From an uncultured Bacteroidia bacterium (lineage in GTDB: Bacteria > Bacteroidota > Bacteroidia > JAIBAJ01), in assembly GCA_965284645.1 (NCBI GenBank), contig OZ260106.1:3979160-4043159 (forward strand): DNA of 64,000 bases, in the 5' to 3' direction. How positions within the stretch are numbered: the stretch's first letter is position 1; each line of letters opens with the position of its first letter. This document shows positions 10,222-20,992 of this stretch, one piece after another. The notes below the pieces were generated by a model. It saw only the letters and a program-made list of their open reading frames with translations, had not been told where the DNA came from and ran no database searches. A program made the translations under genes and the position numbers.

Positions 10222-12048
10222 ATGAGAAAAGCTCTTTTATTTTTTTCATTTCTGTTTATACAAATTCCAGTGTGGGCCTTACACATCTTAGGTGGACAGA
10301 TTTACTATAAAAGCTTACCGAATGGGAATTATCAATTTTTTGTGGAAGTTCTTTATGATTGTACCTCTACAACTATACTTTCGTTTCAACCTCTTCAGGT
10401 GTATAGCTCAAATTTGCCTAAAAATATAGACGGAATTCAAATAACACAAATTCAATTAAGCCTGGATACCATAATGGACATCTCACCTGTTTGCAATCCA
10501 GCAGGTCCGCAGCTATCCTGCAATGATTCACTTCCCCAATTAGGTTCTATTCGAAAATATATTTTTAGCAGTTCTGAAATTAGATTTTATGGCCAAATTC
10601 CGGATGACGGCTGGACCTATACTTATACTCAAAATTTCAGGAGCACGAATATCCTGAATCTTACAACAACACAGGATAATAGTATGGTTTTGTATACAAC
10701 CATGTACAAATACAACCAATTGCCTTGTTATCCAAGTTTTGATTCATCCCCTCAAACCCATTCCAACTTATCGACCAATTATTATGCTGGGGTTTCAGTT
10801 ATCTATAATCCCCTTACAGATGATGCCGATGGAGATAGTCTTTCTTTTCAATTTACCCCACCTCTTTATGGCAGCATTAATGGCCAAACCTTCAACCCTC
10901 CAACTTCACCGCTATACTGCACTTACGTCTCTGGATATTCCTATTCCAATCCTACACCTGACCAAAGTTTCAACCCCCAAAATATTCCATCAACCCTCAA
11001 CCCTGCTAATGGAACCTTAGAATTTAAATGCTATAATCAAGGTTTCTATATCATTGAATATGAAATCAAATCATACAGAAATGGTCACTTAATCTCTAAA
11101 TCCAATTTAGAATTTTTAACCTCAATTTCTCCTTCTACCCAATCCAACCACCCTCCCATTCTTGCTCAAGGCCCCTTAAACCAATCAACGCTCGAACTTG
11201 ATTTAACCATTGGAGACACGATGGATATTAATTTACTATTTATTGACCTTGATACGTTACCCAACAGCCTTCAACAACAAATTGATGCTACGTTATCCTC
11301 TCCTTTCCTTTCAGATTCGACAGGATCAACTCCAAATTATTCATACCAAATAACTTACACCCAAAATCATGATAGTGCTTTTGTTCATTTATTTTGGATT
11401 CCAGCCTGTTCAGCGCTTGAAGATTATCAAGTTTTTATGAGAAAAAATGCAGATTTTCATTTCTACGTTACTTGTAAGGATGATTATTGCCCTTTTCCTG
11501 CCTATTCCTTTTTTGATTTGATTGTTCATTTGAAATCAAAACCTTATTCAGGACCTACCAATTTCACTTTGCAACAAGACAGCACCTGTCATTTTCAAGT
11601 AAATCAGCTTCCCAACGCTCAATTTCATTGGTTTTATCAGGACCAAATAATCAATGGGGCAACGACAAATGCATATGCAGGACAAGGCAATGGCGGTGAT
11701 TATTCGGTTTATATTTCAATAAATTCTGGGGATTGCGAAAAATTTGATACCACCATCACTACGTATTGTTCAGGTGTAGGCATTCATGAAAACGAACTCC
11801 AACTTTTCCAAATTTACGAATACGCACCAAATGAATTCCAACTTCAGTCCAACTATTTTCAATTGGAAGCCTACGAATGCACAATTTACAACCAATTAGG
11901 TCAAACACTAAAATCATGGGAAAACCCAAAATCAAGCCAAGGACCAATCAAATTTGAATTTAATTCACCAGAAGGAATTTATTTTCTCGGATTAAAAAAT
12001 CCTTCAGGAGAATTTCGAATAGTAAAATTCCTAAAAAATCCTATTTAA
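10222..12048 (+). CDS. Secreted T9SS cargo protein with a type-A C-terminal sorting domain and an N-terminal module shared with the 59410 adhesin
   Basis: Signal peptide present. The C-terminal roughly 80 aa (IYEYAPNEF...CTIYNQLGQTL...GIYFLGLKN...RIVKFLKN) fit the Por_Secre_tail pattern. The N-terminal HILGGQIYY...LYDCTSTT...DDADGDSLSFQFTPP...SYRNGHLI block is homologous to the N-terminus of the 59410 gene. Confidence 0.7.
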   Translation: MRKALLFFSFLFIQIPVWALHILGGQIYYKSLPNGNYQFFVEVLYDCTSTTILSFQPLQVYSSNLPKNIDGIQITQIQLSLDTIMDISPVCNPAGPQLSCNDSLPQLGSIRKYIFSSSEIRFYGQIPDDGWTYTYTQNFRSTNILNLTTTQDNSMVLYTTMYKYNQLPCYPSFDSSPQTHSNLSTNYYAGVSVIYNPLTDDADGDSLSFQFTPPLYGSINGQTFNPPTSPLYCTYVSGYSYSNPTPDQSFNPQNIPSTLNPANGTLEFKCYNQGFYIIEYEIKSYRNGHLISKSNLEFLTSISPSTQSNHPPILAQGPLNQSTLELDLTIGDTMDINLLFIDLDTLPNSLQQQIDATLSSPFLSDSTGSTPNYSYQITYTQNHDSAFVHLFWIPACSALEDYQVFMRKNADFHFYVTCKDDYCPFPAYSFFDLIVHLKSKPYSGPTNFTLQQDSTCHFQVNQLPNAQFHWFYQDQIINGATTNAYAGQGNGGDYSVYISINSGDCEKFDTTITTYCSGVGIHENELQLFQIYEYAPNEFQLQSNYFQLEAYECTIYNQLGQTLKSWENPKSSQGPIKFEFNSPEGIYFLGLKNPSGEFRIVKFLKNPI

Positions 12049-12057
12049 AGCACTAGA

Positions 12058-15000
12058 TTAAAAATTCAATCCCCTTGCCATTTTCACAGGATTTAAATTT
12101 CTTAAGTTCAAGGTAAACCTAAACCGTTGGTACCATTTGATATTGTTGGCGGTCATGTAATAGGAAATATCCTGTGAGTAACCAATGGGGTAATAGATTT
12201 CAAGTACATTTTTAAGCAATGGCAAGGTAACACCCCAGTTATAAACAAAGGCCTTGCTTTCAGGGAAGGCATTTTTAGCCAAATAATAGGTGCCGATATC
12301 AGCATACAATTTAAACGGAATTACCCGATGAATACTTGTTTTGAAATTAGCTGCCATTAACCAATTGCTGGTTTGACCATAAGGTGAAAACACTTTGAAA
12401 GCCCCATCACTTTCTGTAAATTGATTACCCCAAAAGCTTTGGTTTGGTGTTTCATATCGACCTAAGAAGGGCTGGTTAAACAAATAATCTTGGTAACCTG
12501 CCTGCCCACTTAAACGATACCTGAAATCGCCTTGCACCGTTTGATTGTCATAAACAAATACCTTTCCGTAGAACAAACGTACATCGAAGCCTTTGTTTTT
12601 GCCTTTAAAGGTAAGGCGGTAATTTCCGGTTACAGAGGCCTTAGCCATGCCTTTGCTTTGCTGTACATCCAATATGATACTAAAAGGATTGATTCTTCGG
12701 TCATTTACAAAACGGTGGGTAAAATGATTGATGTAATAATTGGAAAAACGGCTTACTTCATTGCCACTTACCAAATTTTCCTTACTAACAATAACTGTTC
12801 GGAAAGAAGAGCTTTGCTGAAAATGACTACGTGCTGTATTTTTCTTGATATCCCATGAAATAGATGGGATCAATACGTTGAAATTAAGTCCGCCGTTAGC
12901 ACTGTTCCATGCATACCTAGAACCTTCCAATCCGATACTGATTTTTTGAAAAAAGGTCAGGCGAGGATACATGTTGTAATAGAACTCTGCATGTCCTGCC
13001 AAATTCTTATTGCCAAAGCCATACATAGGCGCTATAATGTACTCAAAGCGACGGTTTGGTAAAAGGGCATTATAAAAGGCCAAACCTAACATGAACTTGT
13101 TGTATTTATTCACTCCCAAAATAGGTGACCAGAAAATTTGGTTGCGTGTTGGATCTTCCAAGGCTGCGCCAAACTTAAACTGAACTTTCTCCCAGGTTTT
13201 GAACAAACCCGTTACACGACTCTGGTTATTTTTACGGTATAAATCAGTTGTTCTTCTTCCAAAATCCAATACCAACTTGTCGGCCTCAGCAGGTTTGACA
13301 TCCATAACAAATTCCTTTTTACCCGAAAAGCCATCTAACCAATCCGTTTTTACTACTTTCCCATCTTTCACCGCCGACACACTAATAGGCCCTTGGGTTT
13401 GTCCCACATTCAGTACGTCAAATTTGATTTTATCTGCATCGCCTCTCACCTTGCGGATTTTATAATCCATCCGTTTATTGGTTTGTATCAAATCGTTAAA
13501 GAGCCAAGCTAGGTCCTTCTTACTAATCTCTTCAGCTATTTTTCTAAGGTCTTCCGGATAAGGATGCCTAAATTTCCAACGGTCAAAATAAGTATGAAAG
13601 ATTTTGTCCGTCATTTCTTCTCCAAGGTTAGCCATCAGGTAGTTGAATACATCGGCCGTTTTGGAATACATAATAGCACCATAATTTACCCTGGCAAATT
13701 CGGCACTATGAGTTTCGATAGGTTGGTCTTCTCCCTTTCTTGCTGCAAAAAGATAAGATAATTCATAGTAATAATTTTGTGCTTGTTTGTTGGCACCAAT
13801 TAACCGACCAACGCCCTTTATGGCTTTTGATTCGCCGGCAATCAAATCAAAAAAATTAGCTTGGGGATGTTTCCATTCATTGTATCGACTTTCAAAAAAA
13901 GAATTTAAGCCTTCATCCAACCAACCGTGTTCACGTTCATTGCTTCCTAGAATCCCATAAAACCAATTATGTCCAACTTCGTGCATAATAACGGTTTCTA
14001 AGGAATAGGCACTGCCCGTATTTCCGATTACAGTAATATTTGGATATTCCATTCCACCACCGGCGGCAATCGTTCCATCCACAGCTGTAACATGGTTATA
14101 CGGATAATCACCGCAGTGTTTAGAATAAAACCAAGTGGCATCGTTGATATATTGAGGAGCATTTTTCCAAAGACTAGCATTGCGGTTAGTGAAATAAGCC
14201 CAAGTGGTGACTTTCTTTTTATTGGGCAATTCAACCTCACTTTTCAAAACATTCCACCGCTTATCGGCAAACCAAGCGAAATCGTGTACCTTTTCCTGAT
14301 GAAAATGAAGGGTTTTAGTTTCCTTATCCGAAGCTGGAAAATTCATATCGAGTGCATCAAATGAACCCTTTTTTGCTGTTGCATCTGCCTTTTGATTAAG
14401 CCAAGCCATTTCTTCTTGACCATTCACCAAATCGCCGGTGGCGCCAACCACATAGTTTTTAGGTAGCGTAATTTTCACATCATAGGTGCCGAATTCTGAA
14501 TAAAACTCTCCTTGGGTAAGATAGGGAAAGGCATGCCAACCTTTATGGTCATAAACGGCTGGTTTTGGATACCATTGGGTAATAAAATAGGCTTGTCCAA
14601 CATGTCCCAACCGAGAAATTTCTCCATCAGGAATTTGAACATGAAAGGGAATTGAAAGGGTAATAGTTTGTTTTGGTAATAAAGGCTCGTTAAGAAAAAC
14701 CCTACAAATATCTTTATGAACCGGATCAAATTCCCAACGCGCAGCCTGGCCGTTAATCTGAAAGGCAATACCATCAATAGAACCTAACCCTTTCTTCTTC
14801 ATGTAGTGCATGTAGGTCTCTCCATTTTCCAAATCCTGTTTAGCCATGGCCGTTTTTTGGTCGGCATAGGCATTAGGCCAGATATGGAACCAAATAAAAT
14901 CCAAGGCATTGGGCGAATTATTGGTGTAGCGTATGGTTTCAAAACCAGTTAAACTGTGGTTATTATCATCCAACTTTACCTCAATATCATAGGCTACTTC

Positions 15001-15081
15001 TTGTTGGAAATAGTCAAGGGTTTGAGACCAGGACACTAAGGATGAAAGGATTAAAAGGGAGAAAAAGGCTGTCTTTTTCAA
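12058..15081 (-). CDS. M1-family zinc metallopeptidase with a long C-terminal extension (1007 aa)
   Basis: Signal peptide present. The M1 zinc-binding motif HEVGH plus a glutamate 18 residues later is found in HEVGHNWFYGILGSNEREHGWLDE. Confidence 0.8.
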   Translation of the reverse strand: MKKTAFFSLLILSSLVSWSQTLDYFQQEVAYDIEVKLDDNNHSLTGFETIRYTNNSPNALDFIWFHIWPNAYADQKTAMAKQDLENGETYMHYMKKKGLGSIDGIAFQINGQAARWEFDPVHKDICRVFLNEPLLPKQTITLSIPFHVQIPDGEISRLGHVGQAYFITQWYPKPAVYDHKGWHAFPYLTQGEFYSEFGTYDVKITLPKNYVVGATGDLVNGQEEMAWLNQKADATAKKGSFDALDMNFPASDKETKTLHFHQEKVHDFAWFADKRWNVLKSEVELPNKKKVTTWAYFTNRNASLWKNAPQYINDATWFYSKHCGDYPYNHVTAVDGTIAAGGGMEYPNITVIGNTGSAYSLETVIMHEVGHNWFYGILGSNEREHGWLDEGLNSFFESRYNEWKHPQANFFDLIAGESKAIKGVGRLIGANKQAQNYYYELSYLFAARKGEDQPIETHSAEFARVNYGAIMYSKTADVFNYLMANLGEEMTDKIFHTYFDRWKFRHPYPEDLRKIAEEISKKDLAWLFNDLIQTNKRMDYKIRKVRGDADKIKFDVLNVGQTQGPISVSAVKDGKVVKTDWLDGFSGKKEFVMDVKPAEADKLVLDFGRRTTDLYRKNNQSRVTGLFKTWEKVQFKFGAALEDPTRNQIFWSPILGVNKYNKFMLGLAFYNALLPNRRFEYIIAPMYGFGNKNLAGHAEFYYNMYPRLTFFQKISIGLEGSRYAWNSANGGLNFNVLIPSISWDIKKNTARSHFQQSSSFRTVIVSKENLVSGNEVSRFSNYYINHFTHRFVNDRRINPFSIILDVQQSKGMAKASVTGNYRLTFKGKNKGFDVRLFYGKVFVYDNQTVQGDFRYRLSGQAGYQDYLFNQPFLGRYETPNQSFWGNQFTESDGAFKVFSPYGQTSNWLMAANFKTSIHRVIPFKLYADIGTYYLAKNAFPESKAFVYNWGVTLPLLKNVLEIYYPIGYSQDISYYMTANNIKWYQRFRFTLNLRNLNPVKMARGLNF

Positions 15082-15155
15082 AGGAATTAACTTTAAAATG
15101 ATGGGGTGAAAGTAGGAATTTTAGATGGAATAGAAAAGGAAGAACTTGGCAAAAC

Positions 15156-15602
15156 TTAGTCTTTCAATTTCAGACTCAAACTTGGAGGATTAGAAAAACG
15201 TATGATGGCATTCAATTCTTTCAACACATTGCTACCCAAAACACCGTCCAATGGTTTTTTCTCTGCCAATCGATAACTTTCATTGACATGGGAAAGATCC
15301 ATGAGAATCATTTCAAAGTTCTCAAGAACGGCTTTCCCTAATTTGAAACTATCCAAAACTGCAATTTGACTTTGCATCGTATTGGTTCCCAAACCTGTAG
15401 ATAGGGTTGGATTTTCTTCAAAATTGGAATGATCAATAAAGCTTTGAATCCGACTTGAGTCCATCACTGTATGACTAGCACCAGTATCTAATAGGAAACG
15501 AGCTGATTTACCATTCACTTTTGCTTTCAAAAAATAATGGAATCCTTGTTTATCCAACTCCACTATTTTTAGTTTCAAAAGAGTCCGTTTGCCCTTTCCC
15601 AT
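15156..15602 (-). CDS. Retropepsin-like aspartic protease family protein
   Basis: LLDTGASHTVMD (D-T/S-G-A) active-site motif in a protein of about 150 aa. The start ATG overlaps the upstream stop as TAATG. Confidence 0.6.
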   Translation of the reverse strand: MGKGKRTLLKLKIVELDKQGFHYFLKAKVNGKSARFLLDTGASHTVMDSSRIQSFIDHSNFEENPTLSTGLGTNTMQSQIAVLDSFKLGKAVLENFEMILMDLSHVNESYRLAEKKPLDGVLGSNVLKELNAIIRFSNPPSLSLKLKD

Positions 15603-16348
15603 TAGATAAATTTCAAAAACTGATTATATACCGGCTCAGCTGGAATCAGTTGGTCTTTTATTGTATGAAAAAACTCAGGATGCCATTGAACACCCATCAC
15701 TTTGCCTTCTTCAGCACCTTCCCATGTAAAGGCTTCAATAATTCCATCTTCAGAGCTGGTTGCCTGAATTTTTAAATTCTTTCCCAAATCCTTTACTCCT
15801 TGGTGATGCACCGTATTTACTTTGGTGGAAGGGTTACCACCAAAAAGATTTTCAAAAAGGCTTCCTGGCGTAAATTTCACCTCATGTGAGATTTTATCAT
15901 ACAACTCAGCATCACGGTGTTTGATAACTTGAGGATTTTGGGTTTGCAAATCTTGGTATAAGGTACCCCCAAAATACACATTCATCAGCTGAAAACCTCT
16001 ACAAATAGCCAATACGGGTTTACCTGCCTTTACAGCATAATCCATTATTTTTAATTCATAGGCATCACGGTAAGCATCCCCTTTCCAACGACCGTCCATA
16101 ATGGGCTCTTCGCCATAAGACTGTGGAGCCAAATCAGCGCCCCCTTGAAAAACAAAACCATCCATTTGGGATATAAAATCCTGAAATTGTTCCGAATCAT
16201 CCAAATCAGGTATAAGGATTGGCATTACCCCTTTGCGAGAAAGGTAGCGCGACATATCCCGTTCGAAATATTGCAAAGTCTTGTGACCATGGGTTAAACG
16301 GGTTGGATCAGGATAAATAAAACAAGCAGATACACCAATGAATTTCAT
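15602..16348 (-). CDS. Class-I glutamine amidotransferase-like / peptidase C26 gamma-glutamyl hydrolase (PuuD-like)
   Basis: PVLAICRGFQLMNV (catalytic Cys) ...HHQ motif. The likely true start is MKFIGVS (16348), not the upstream ATG at 16417. Confidence 0.75.
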   Translation of the reverse strand: MKFIGVSACFIYPDPTRLTHGHKTLQYFERDMSRYLSRKGVMPILIPDLDDSEQFQDFISQMDGFVFQGGADLAPQSYGEEPIMDGRWKGDAYRDAYELKIMDYAVKAGKPVLAICRGFQLMNVYFGGTLYQDLQTQNPQVIKHRDAELYDKISHEVKFTPGSLFENLFGGNPSTKVNTVHHQGVKDLGKNLKIQATSSEDGIIEAFTWEGAEEGKVMGVQWHPEFFHTIKDQLIPAEPVYNQFLKFI

Positions 16349-16453
16349 GGGACAAAGGTAGGGGTTTGGTGGAAAAGTTGAAAAAATTAGGAAGTTTAAT
16401 TTAACCATTTCTACCAAAAAAACAGGACCAATTAAAATTATTATTTCCTTTAA

Positions 16454-16614
16454 CCCAGATTACGCATTAGAAATGCATAAACGATTAACCAGTTGTAAAT
16501 CAATTTGTATAGCCAAATTGATAACAACTGCTATCCCGAAATTTCTTCGGGAGGGGTAACCCCAACTAAATCAAGTAGTTCGGATTAATAAATCCTCCTA
16601 TTGATTAATTTGGG
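16454..16614 (+). mobile_element. 161-bp MITE-like element, copy 1 (TIR CCCAGATT/AATTTGGG, TSD TTTAA)
   Basis: About 96% identical to copy 2 at 21150-21310. It is flanked by the direct repeat TTTAA (16449-16453 and 16615-16619). Confidence 0.75.
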
Positions 16615-16646
16615 TTTAATTACCTATTTTTGGCCTATGCTTAAAA

Positions 16647-16840
16647 TGGATAAAACAATTTATTCGAAAAAAACATTTGATGAAGCTGATGTTGGACGTT
16701 CCTATTGGATAAATTTTTCGTTAGAAGAACGTTTATCTGCAGCTACAAAATTAATCATGAACGTTTGGGGATTTACTGAAGATAACCTTACCAGAATGGA
16801 TAAAACCTATTTTGTAAAAAGAAGCCATTCTAAGGATTAA
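16647..16840 (+). CDS. Small hypothetical protein (about 64 aa); doubtful
   Basis: ORF 16601-16840 begins inside the MITE, so the alternative start MDKTIY is used here. No recognisable domain. Confidence 0.2.
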
Positions 16841-16861
16841 GCTTATTTTATTTTTCAAAGT

Positions 16862-17827
16862 CTATTTCCTATCCTTCTCCTCTGCTTTCCCTTCATCATA
16901 GGCATTTAATATCCTACTCACCAATGGATTTCTTACAATATCCTTACCTGTTAAATTAACAATAGCTACACCTTCTGTCTTCTTTAATAAACTCACCGCT
17001 TCAATTAATCCTGAAGGTTGATTTCTTGGCAAATCAATTTGAGTCATATCACCGGTAATAACAAACTTGGTCGACATCCCCATCCGGGTTAGAAACATTT
17101 TCATTTGGTTACGGGTGGAATTTTGGGCTTCATCCAAAATCACAAAAGCATTTTCCAAAGTACGGCCCCGCATAAAAGCCAAAGGTGCAATTTGGATGGT
17201 ACCGGTTTCTAGGTAGTTCCTCAACTTTTCAGGGGGGATCATATCGCGCAAGGCATCATACAAAGGTTGTAAGTATGGATCCAGCTTATCTTTCATGTCG
17301 CCAGGTAAAAAGCCGAGATTCTCCCCTGCTTCCACTGCCGGACGGGTTAAAATTATCCTCTTCACTTCCCTGCTTTTCAATGCTTTTACGGCTAAGGCAA
17401 CTGCCGTATACGTTTTACCGCTTCCAGCCGGACCTACCGCAAACAACATATCATGACTACGTATCTTTTCGCACATTACCCGTTGGTTGGGTGTACGTGC
17501 CTTTATTACCAAACCGTTTTGTCCATGCAGGATAATTTCATCCGAAAAATCTGCATTTGGGTTAACAACCAAACCATTATCTTCCAGAAAATACGCTAAA
17601 TCATTCTCAGAAATCCGTTTAAACTTGTCGATATGTTCGAGTATATCGTAGAACTTTTCTTCAAATATTTCAATTATTTGCGGATCTCCCAAAACCTTAA
17701 CCTGATTGCCTCGAGCTGTAATTTTTAGTTTTGGAAAGGCCTTCGAAATTAAATTTAAGTACGAATCGTTTGGGCCAAAAACATCCATCGGACGTATGCC
17801 TTCAATAAAAATGGTCTTCTCTGTCAA
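16862..17827 (-). CDS. phoH: PhoH-family ATPase
   Basis: Walker A motif GPAGSGKT and Walker B motif ILDEAQN; typical PhoH length and layout. Confidence 0.9.
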   Translation of the reverse strand: MTEKTIFIEGIRPMDVFGPNDSYLNLISKAFPKLKITARGNQVKVLGDPQIIEIFEEKFYDILEHIDKFKRISENDLAYFLEDNGLVVNPNADFSDEIILHGQNGLVIKARTPNQRVMCEKIRSHDMLFAVGPAGSGKTYTAVALAVKALKSREVKRIILTRPAVEAGENLGFLPGDMKDKLDPYLQPLYDALRDMIPPEKLRNYLETGTIQIAPLAFMRGRTLENAFVILDEAQNSTRNQMKMFLTRMGMSTKFVITGDMTQIDLPRNQPSGLIEAVSLLKKTEGVAIVNLTGKDIVRNPLVSRILNAYDEGKAEEKDRK

Positions 17828-17912
17828 ATGCTGCTTAATTTTGGGGGTGAAAATAAGGCATTGCCTTAGATAAATTTGAACAAACTTCTAAACCACTCAT
17901 TTTTTATTCTGT

Positions 17913-18590
17913 ATGAACATCACTTATTACGGACATTCCTGCTTCGCTGCCGAAATCAATGGTAAACACTTACTTTTTGATCCTTTTATTTCCCCTAATC
18001 CATTGGCCTCCCACATCAAGGTAGAGGAAGTTAAAGCCGACTATATTTTTATCAGTCACGGACATGAAGATCATATAGCGGACTTGGTTTCCATTGCTAA
18101 GCGCACTGGAGCAATCTGTGTTTGTGCTTACGAGATTTATGTTTGGTTGAACAAACAAGGTGTTACCAATGCCCATCCGATGAACACCGGAGGCCGAAAA
18201 GATTTTGGTGATTTTGCAGTAAAATGTACCGTTGCACATCATAGCAGTAGTTTCCCCGATGGAAGTTATGCCGGAAATCCAATGGGCTTTGTTATTACTT
18301 CAGATGAGGGCAATTTTTACTACTCCGGAGATACAGCCCTTACCCTTGATATGCAATTGCTTTCGGGTTACGACCTCGATGTTTGCCTTCTTCCAATAGG
18401 CGACAATTTTACCATGAGTGCAGACGAAGCCGCTATGGCAGCCGAATTTGTACATTGCAACAAAGTTATTGCCTTACATTACGATACCTTCGGATTTATC
18501 AAAGTAGATCATAAATCAGCCAAAGAATCGTTTGAAGAGTTGAACAAAGAACTCATTTTTGTCCAAATCGGTGATACGATTTCAATCTAA
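17913..18590 (+). CDS. Metallo-beta-lactamase-fold metal-dependent hydrolase (UPF0173-like)
   Basis: Metallo-beta-lactamase-fold metal-binding motif HGHEDH. Confidence 0.8.
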   Translation: MNITYYGHSCFAAEINGKHLLFDPFISPNPLASHIKVEEVKADYIFISHGHEDHIADLVSIAKRTGAICVCAYEIYVWLNKQGVTNAHPMNTGGRKDFGDFAVKCTVAHHSSSFPDGSYAGNPMGFVITSDEGNFYYSGDTALTLDMQLLSGYDLDVCLLPIGDNFTMSADEAAMAAEFVHCNKVIALHYDTFGFIKVDHKSAKESFEELNKELIFVQIGDTISI

Positions 18591-18629
18591 TTTGGGCAAG
18601 GTTCTTGTTTACATCCTAAAAAACTACCA

Positions 18630-20540
18630 TTGAAAAAGTTAATTCTATTCCTGCTAATCTTGCTTTCTACCTACAATTCTTGGGCACAGAAAGACAAGCT
18701 ACATTCCAAAAACAAAAAAGCTTTAGCCTTCTTCGAAGATGCACTCGTAGCCTATAACCGCCGTTTAGATGCGGATGCTTGTGAGCTATTCAAAAAAGCT
18801 TTGGTAGAGGATGATAAATTTTTGGAAGCCCGGGTTACCTTGGCCGATATACTAACCGACCTAGGTCGATTCGAAGAAGCTGAAGCAAATTGGGAAAAAC
18901 TGCTGCTACAAGACAAAGACTTCTTTCCAAGAGCCTACCTCAGACTTAGCATTGCTCAAATGGGATCAGCAAAATTCGATAAAGCTATTCCCAATTTGGA
19001 AACCTTCCTAAAGCAATCCAAACTACTGCCCGATATTCGAATCAAAGCCGAACGAATGCTTGAATCGGCCAAATTTGGAGCTGAGGCCGTAAAGCATCCG
19101 GTGCCTTATAACCCTATCAACTTAGGAGCCAATGTCAATACCGCTGATTTCGAATATTTTCCAAGTTTGACCACCGATGGCAAAACCCTCATCTTTACCC
19201 GAAACAGACGGGATGAAAGAGGTCATCACCAGGAGGATTTTTATGTGAGTAACCGCAGCGCCGATGGTTGGAGTACTGCCCTAAATTTAGGACCTCCTAT
19301 TAATACCGATGGAAATGAAGGCGCCCAATGCATATCGCCCGATGGACAGTGGATATTTATGACAGCCTGTAATCGCAAGGATGGAGAAGGTAGTTGTGAC
19401 ATTTATATTTCCCGCAAAACAGCCAATGGATGGAGCGAACCAAGAAACCCTAAATCACCCTTAAACTCCGATAAATGGGAAAGTCAACCAGGCTTTTCAG
19501 TTGATGGAAAAACACTATATTTCTCGAGCAACCGCCCCGGTGGCAAAGGAGGAATGGATATTTGGTATAGCACATTTATAACCGGAAAAGGTTGGGGAGA
19601 ACCCAAAAACTTGGTCATAATTAATACCCCTGGCAATGAACAAAGCCCCTTTATCCATCCCGATGACCAAACCTTGTACTTTTCTTCGGATGGACTACCC
19701 GGATTGGGGAAACAAGACCTTTTTTATTGCCGCAGACAACCCGACGGTTATTGGGGTGTGCCCCAAAACATGGGCTATCCAATCAATACACCAGGCGACG
19801 AACAAGGCTTAATGGTTAGCGCACAGGGCGATACTGCCTTTATTTCAACCGACAAAAAAGGAGGATTTGGAGAACTGGATCTTTATTCTTTCGCCCTTTA
19901 CCCTGAAGCTAGACCACAAACCGTAACCTATTTCAAAGGAAAGATTACAGACAAAGAAAACGGTTCACCTTTGGAAGCTAATTTTGAACTCATCGATTTA
20001 GCAACAGGCGAAGTGAAAGCCCGCTCAAATTCTACAGCCGGAACAGGAGAATTTTTGGTGAGTTTGCCCATGAACCGCAACTATGCCTTGAATGTTTCAA
20101 AAGATAAATACCTCTTCTATTCCGAATCGTTTGAATTAACTGGAAGCAATACTGCTGCAAAACCTGTATTTAAAAACGTACAAATGAGTCCGATAAGGGC
20201 AGGAGAAAAAATCGTTTTACGCAATATATTCTTTGATTCCAACAAATTTGACCTAAAACCTGAATCCAATTCCGAACTCGAAAAACTGGTCGAAATCTTG
20301 AGCAAAAACCCAACGATGAAAGTTGAAATTAGCGGACATACCGACAATGTGGGTAACAAAGCTGCCAATAAAACCTTAAGCGAAAACCGTTCGAAATCAG
20401 TGGTCGCATTCCTTATATCAAAAGGAATTTCATCCGACCGTTTAAGTTCCAAAGGCTATGGCGATGAAAAACCAATTGACACCAATGACACCGAACAAGG
20501 TAGGGCCAATAACCGAAGAACCGAAATGGTAATACTGTAA
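18630..20540 (+). CDS. OmpA-family outer-membrane protein with N-terminal TPR, central TolB-like beta-propeller repeats and a C-terminal OmpA domain
   Basis: Signal peptide (TTG start). Repeated DG..I(Y)F.S.R motifs match WD40-like TolB repeats. C-terminal NIFFDSNKFDL...GHTDNVG...NRRTE is an OmpA/MotB peptidoglycan-binding domain. Confidence 0.8.
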   Translation: MKKLILFLLILLSTYNSWAQKDKLHSKNKKALAFFEDALVAYNRRLDADACELFKKALVEDDKFLEARVTLADILTDLGRFEEAEANWEKLLLQDKDFFPRAYLRLSIAQMGSAKFDKAIPNLETFLKQSKLLPDIRIKAERMLESAKFGAEAVKHPVPYNPINLGANVNTADFEYFPSLTTDGKTLIFTRNRRDERGHHQEDFYVSNRSADGWSTALNLGPPINTDGNEGAQCISPDGQWIFMTACNRKDGEGSCDIYISRKTANGWSEPRNPKSPLNSDKWESQPGFSVDGKTLYFSSNRPGGKGGMDIWYSTFITGKGWGEPKNLVIINTPGNEQSPFIHPDDQTLYFSSDGLPGLGKQDLFYCRRQPDGYWGVPQNMGYPINTPGDEQGLMVSAQGDTAFISTDKKGGFGELDLYSFALYPEARPQTVTYFKGKITDKENGSPLEANFELIDLATGEVKARSNSTAGTGEFLVSLPMNRNYALNVSKDKYLFYSESFELTGSNTAAKPVFKNVQMSPIRAGEKIVLRNIFFDSNKFDLKPESNSELEKLVEILSKNPTMKVEISGHTDNVGNKAANKTLSENRSKSVVAFLISKGISSDRLSSKGYGDEKPIDTNDTEQGRANNRRTEMVIL

Positions 20541-20562
20541 ATAAAAAAAATAAAATTGATGT

Positions 20563-20784
20563 GGCGGGCCCCTTTTCGCCTAAACCATTTTCAGAAAAAT
20601 TATACTTATCCCAAGGCGAAAAGGTCACGCTTTCGGCGGTAGTCCTCGGTATGCGAAGGGCTAGGCCGATAGTGCTCGATTTAATTTTTTACGAAGATCT
20701 AGCTTTTTACATCTAATTTCATTTTGCAAACGGCCTAACCCTTCACATCCCTGTGGGCTACACTGCCTCTATCGTTGCCCGAGG
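20563..20784 (-). repeat. Family-1 GC-rich repeat, copy C (reverse, with an internal insertion of about 70 bp)
   Basis: GGCGGGCCCC...GTCCTCGG...CTGTGGGCTAC...CTATCGTTGCCCGAGG. Confidence 0.6.
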
Positions 20785-20967
20785 CCGTTGTTCCAAAATC
20801 GAAGATGGAATTAAACCCAAATTCAGCATTAGAAATCTATTACAGCTTCCAACTGCTTCAAATACATGGATTTCAGAACAATTTTTGACTTCAAAATAGT
20901 TTACTATTCCTTCACCCAAAAATTAACCTGAAACCCTCGTCTTTATTGCATTTGAAAGCTTCATTAC

Positions 20968-20992
20968 GATTTCTAATGCGTAATTTGGGTTA
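20968..20992 (-). mobile_element. Solo terminal fragment of the 161-bp MITE (25 bp of the TIR end)
   Basis: Reverse complement is ttaacccaaattacgcattagaaatc, which matches the MITE left end ttaacccagattacgcattagaaat. Confidence 0.5.

Noticed and set aside
15156-15602. Retropepsin-like gene as evidence of a retroelement or retron
   Set aside because: There is no reverse transcriptase, LTR or msr/msd-like structure nearby. Stand-alone retropepsin-like proteases are common in bacteria.
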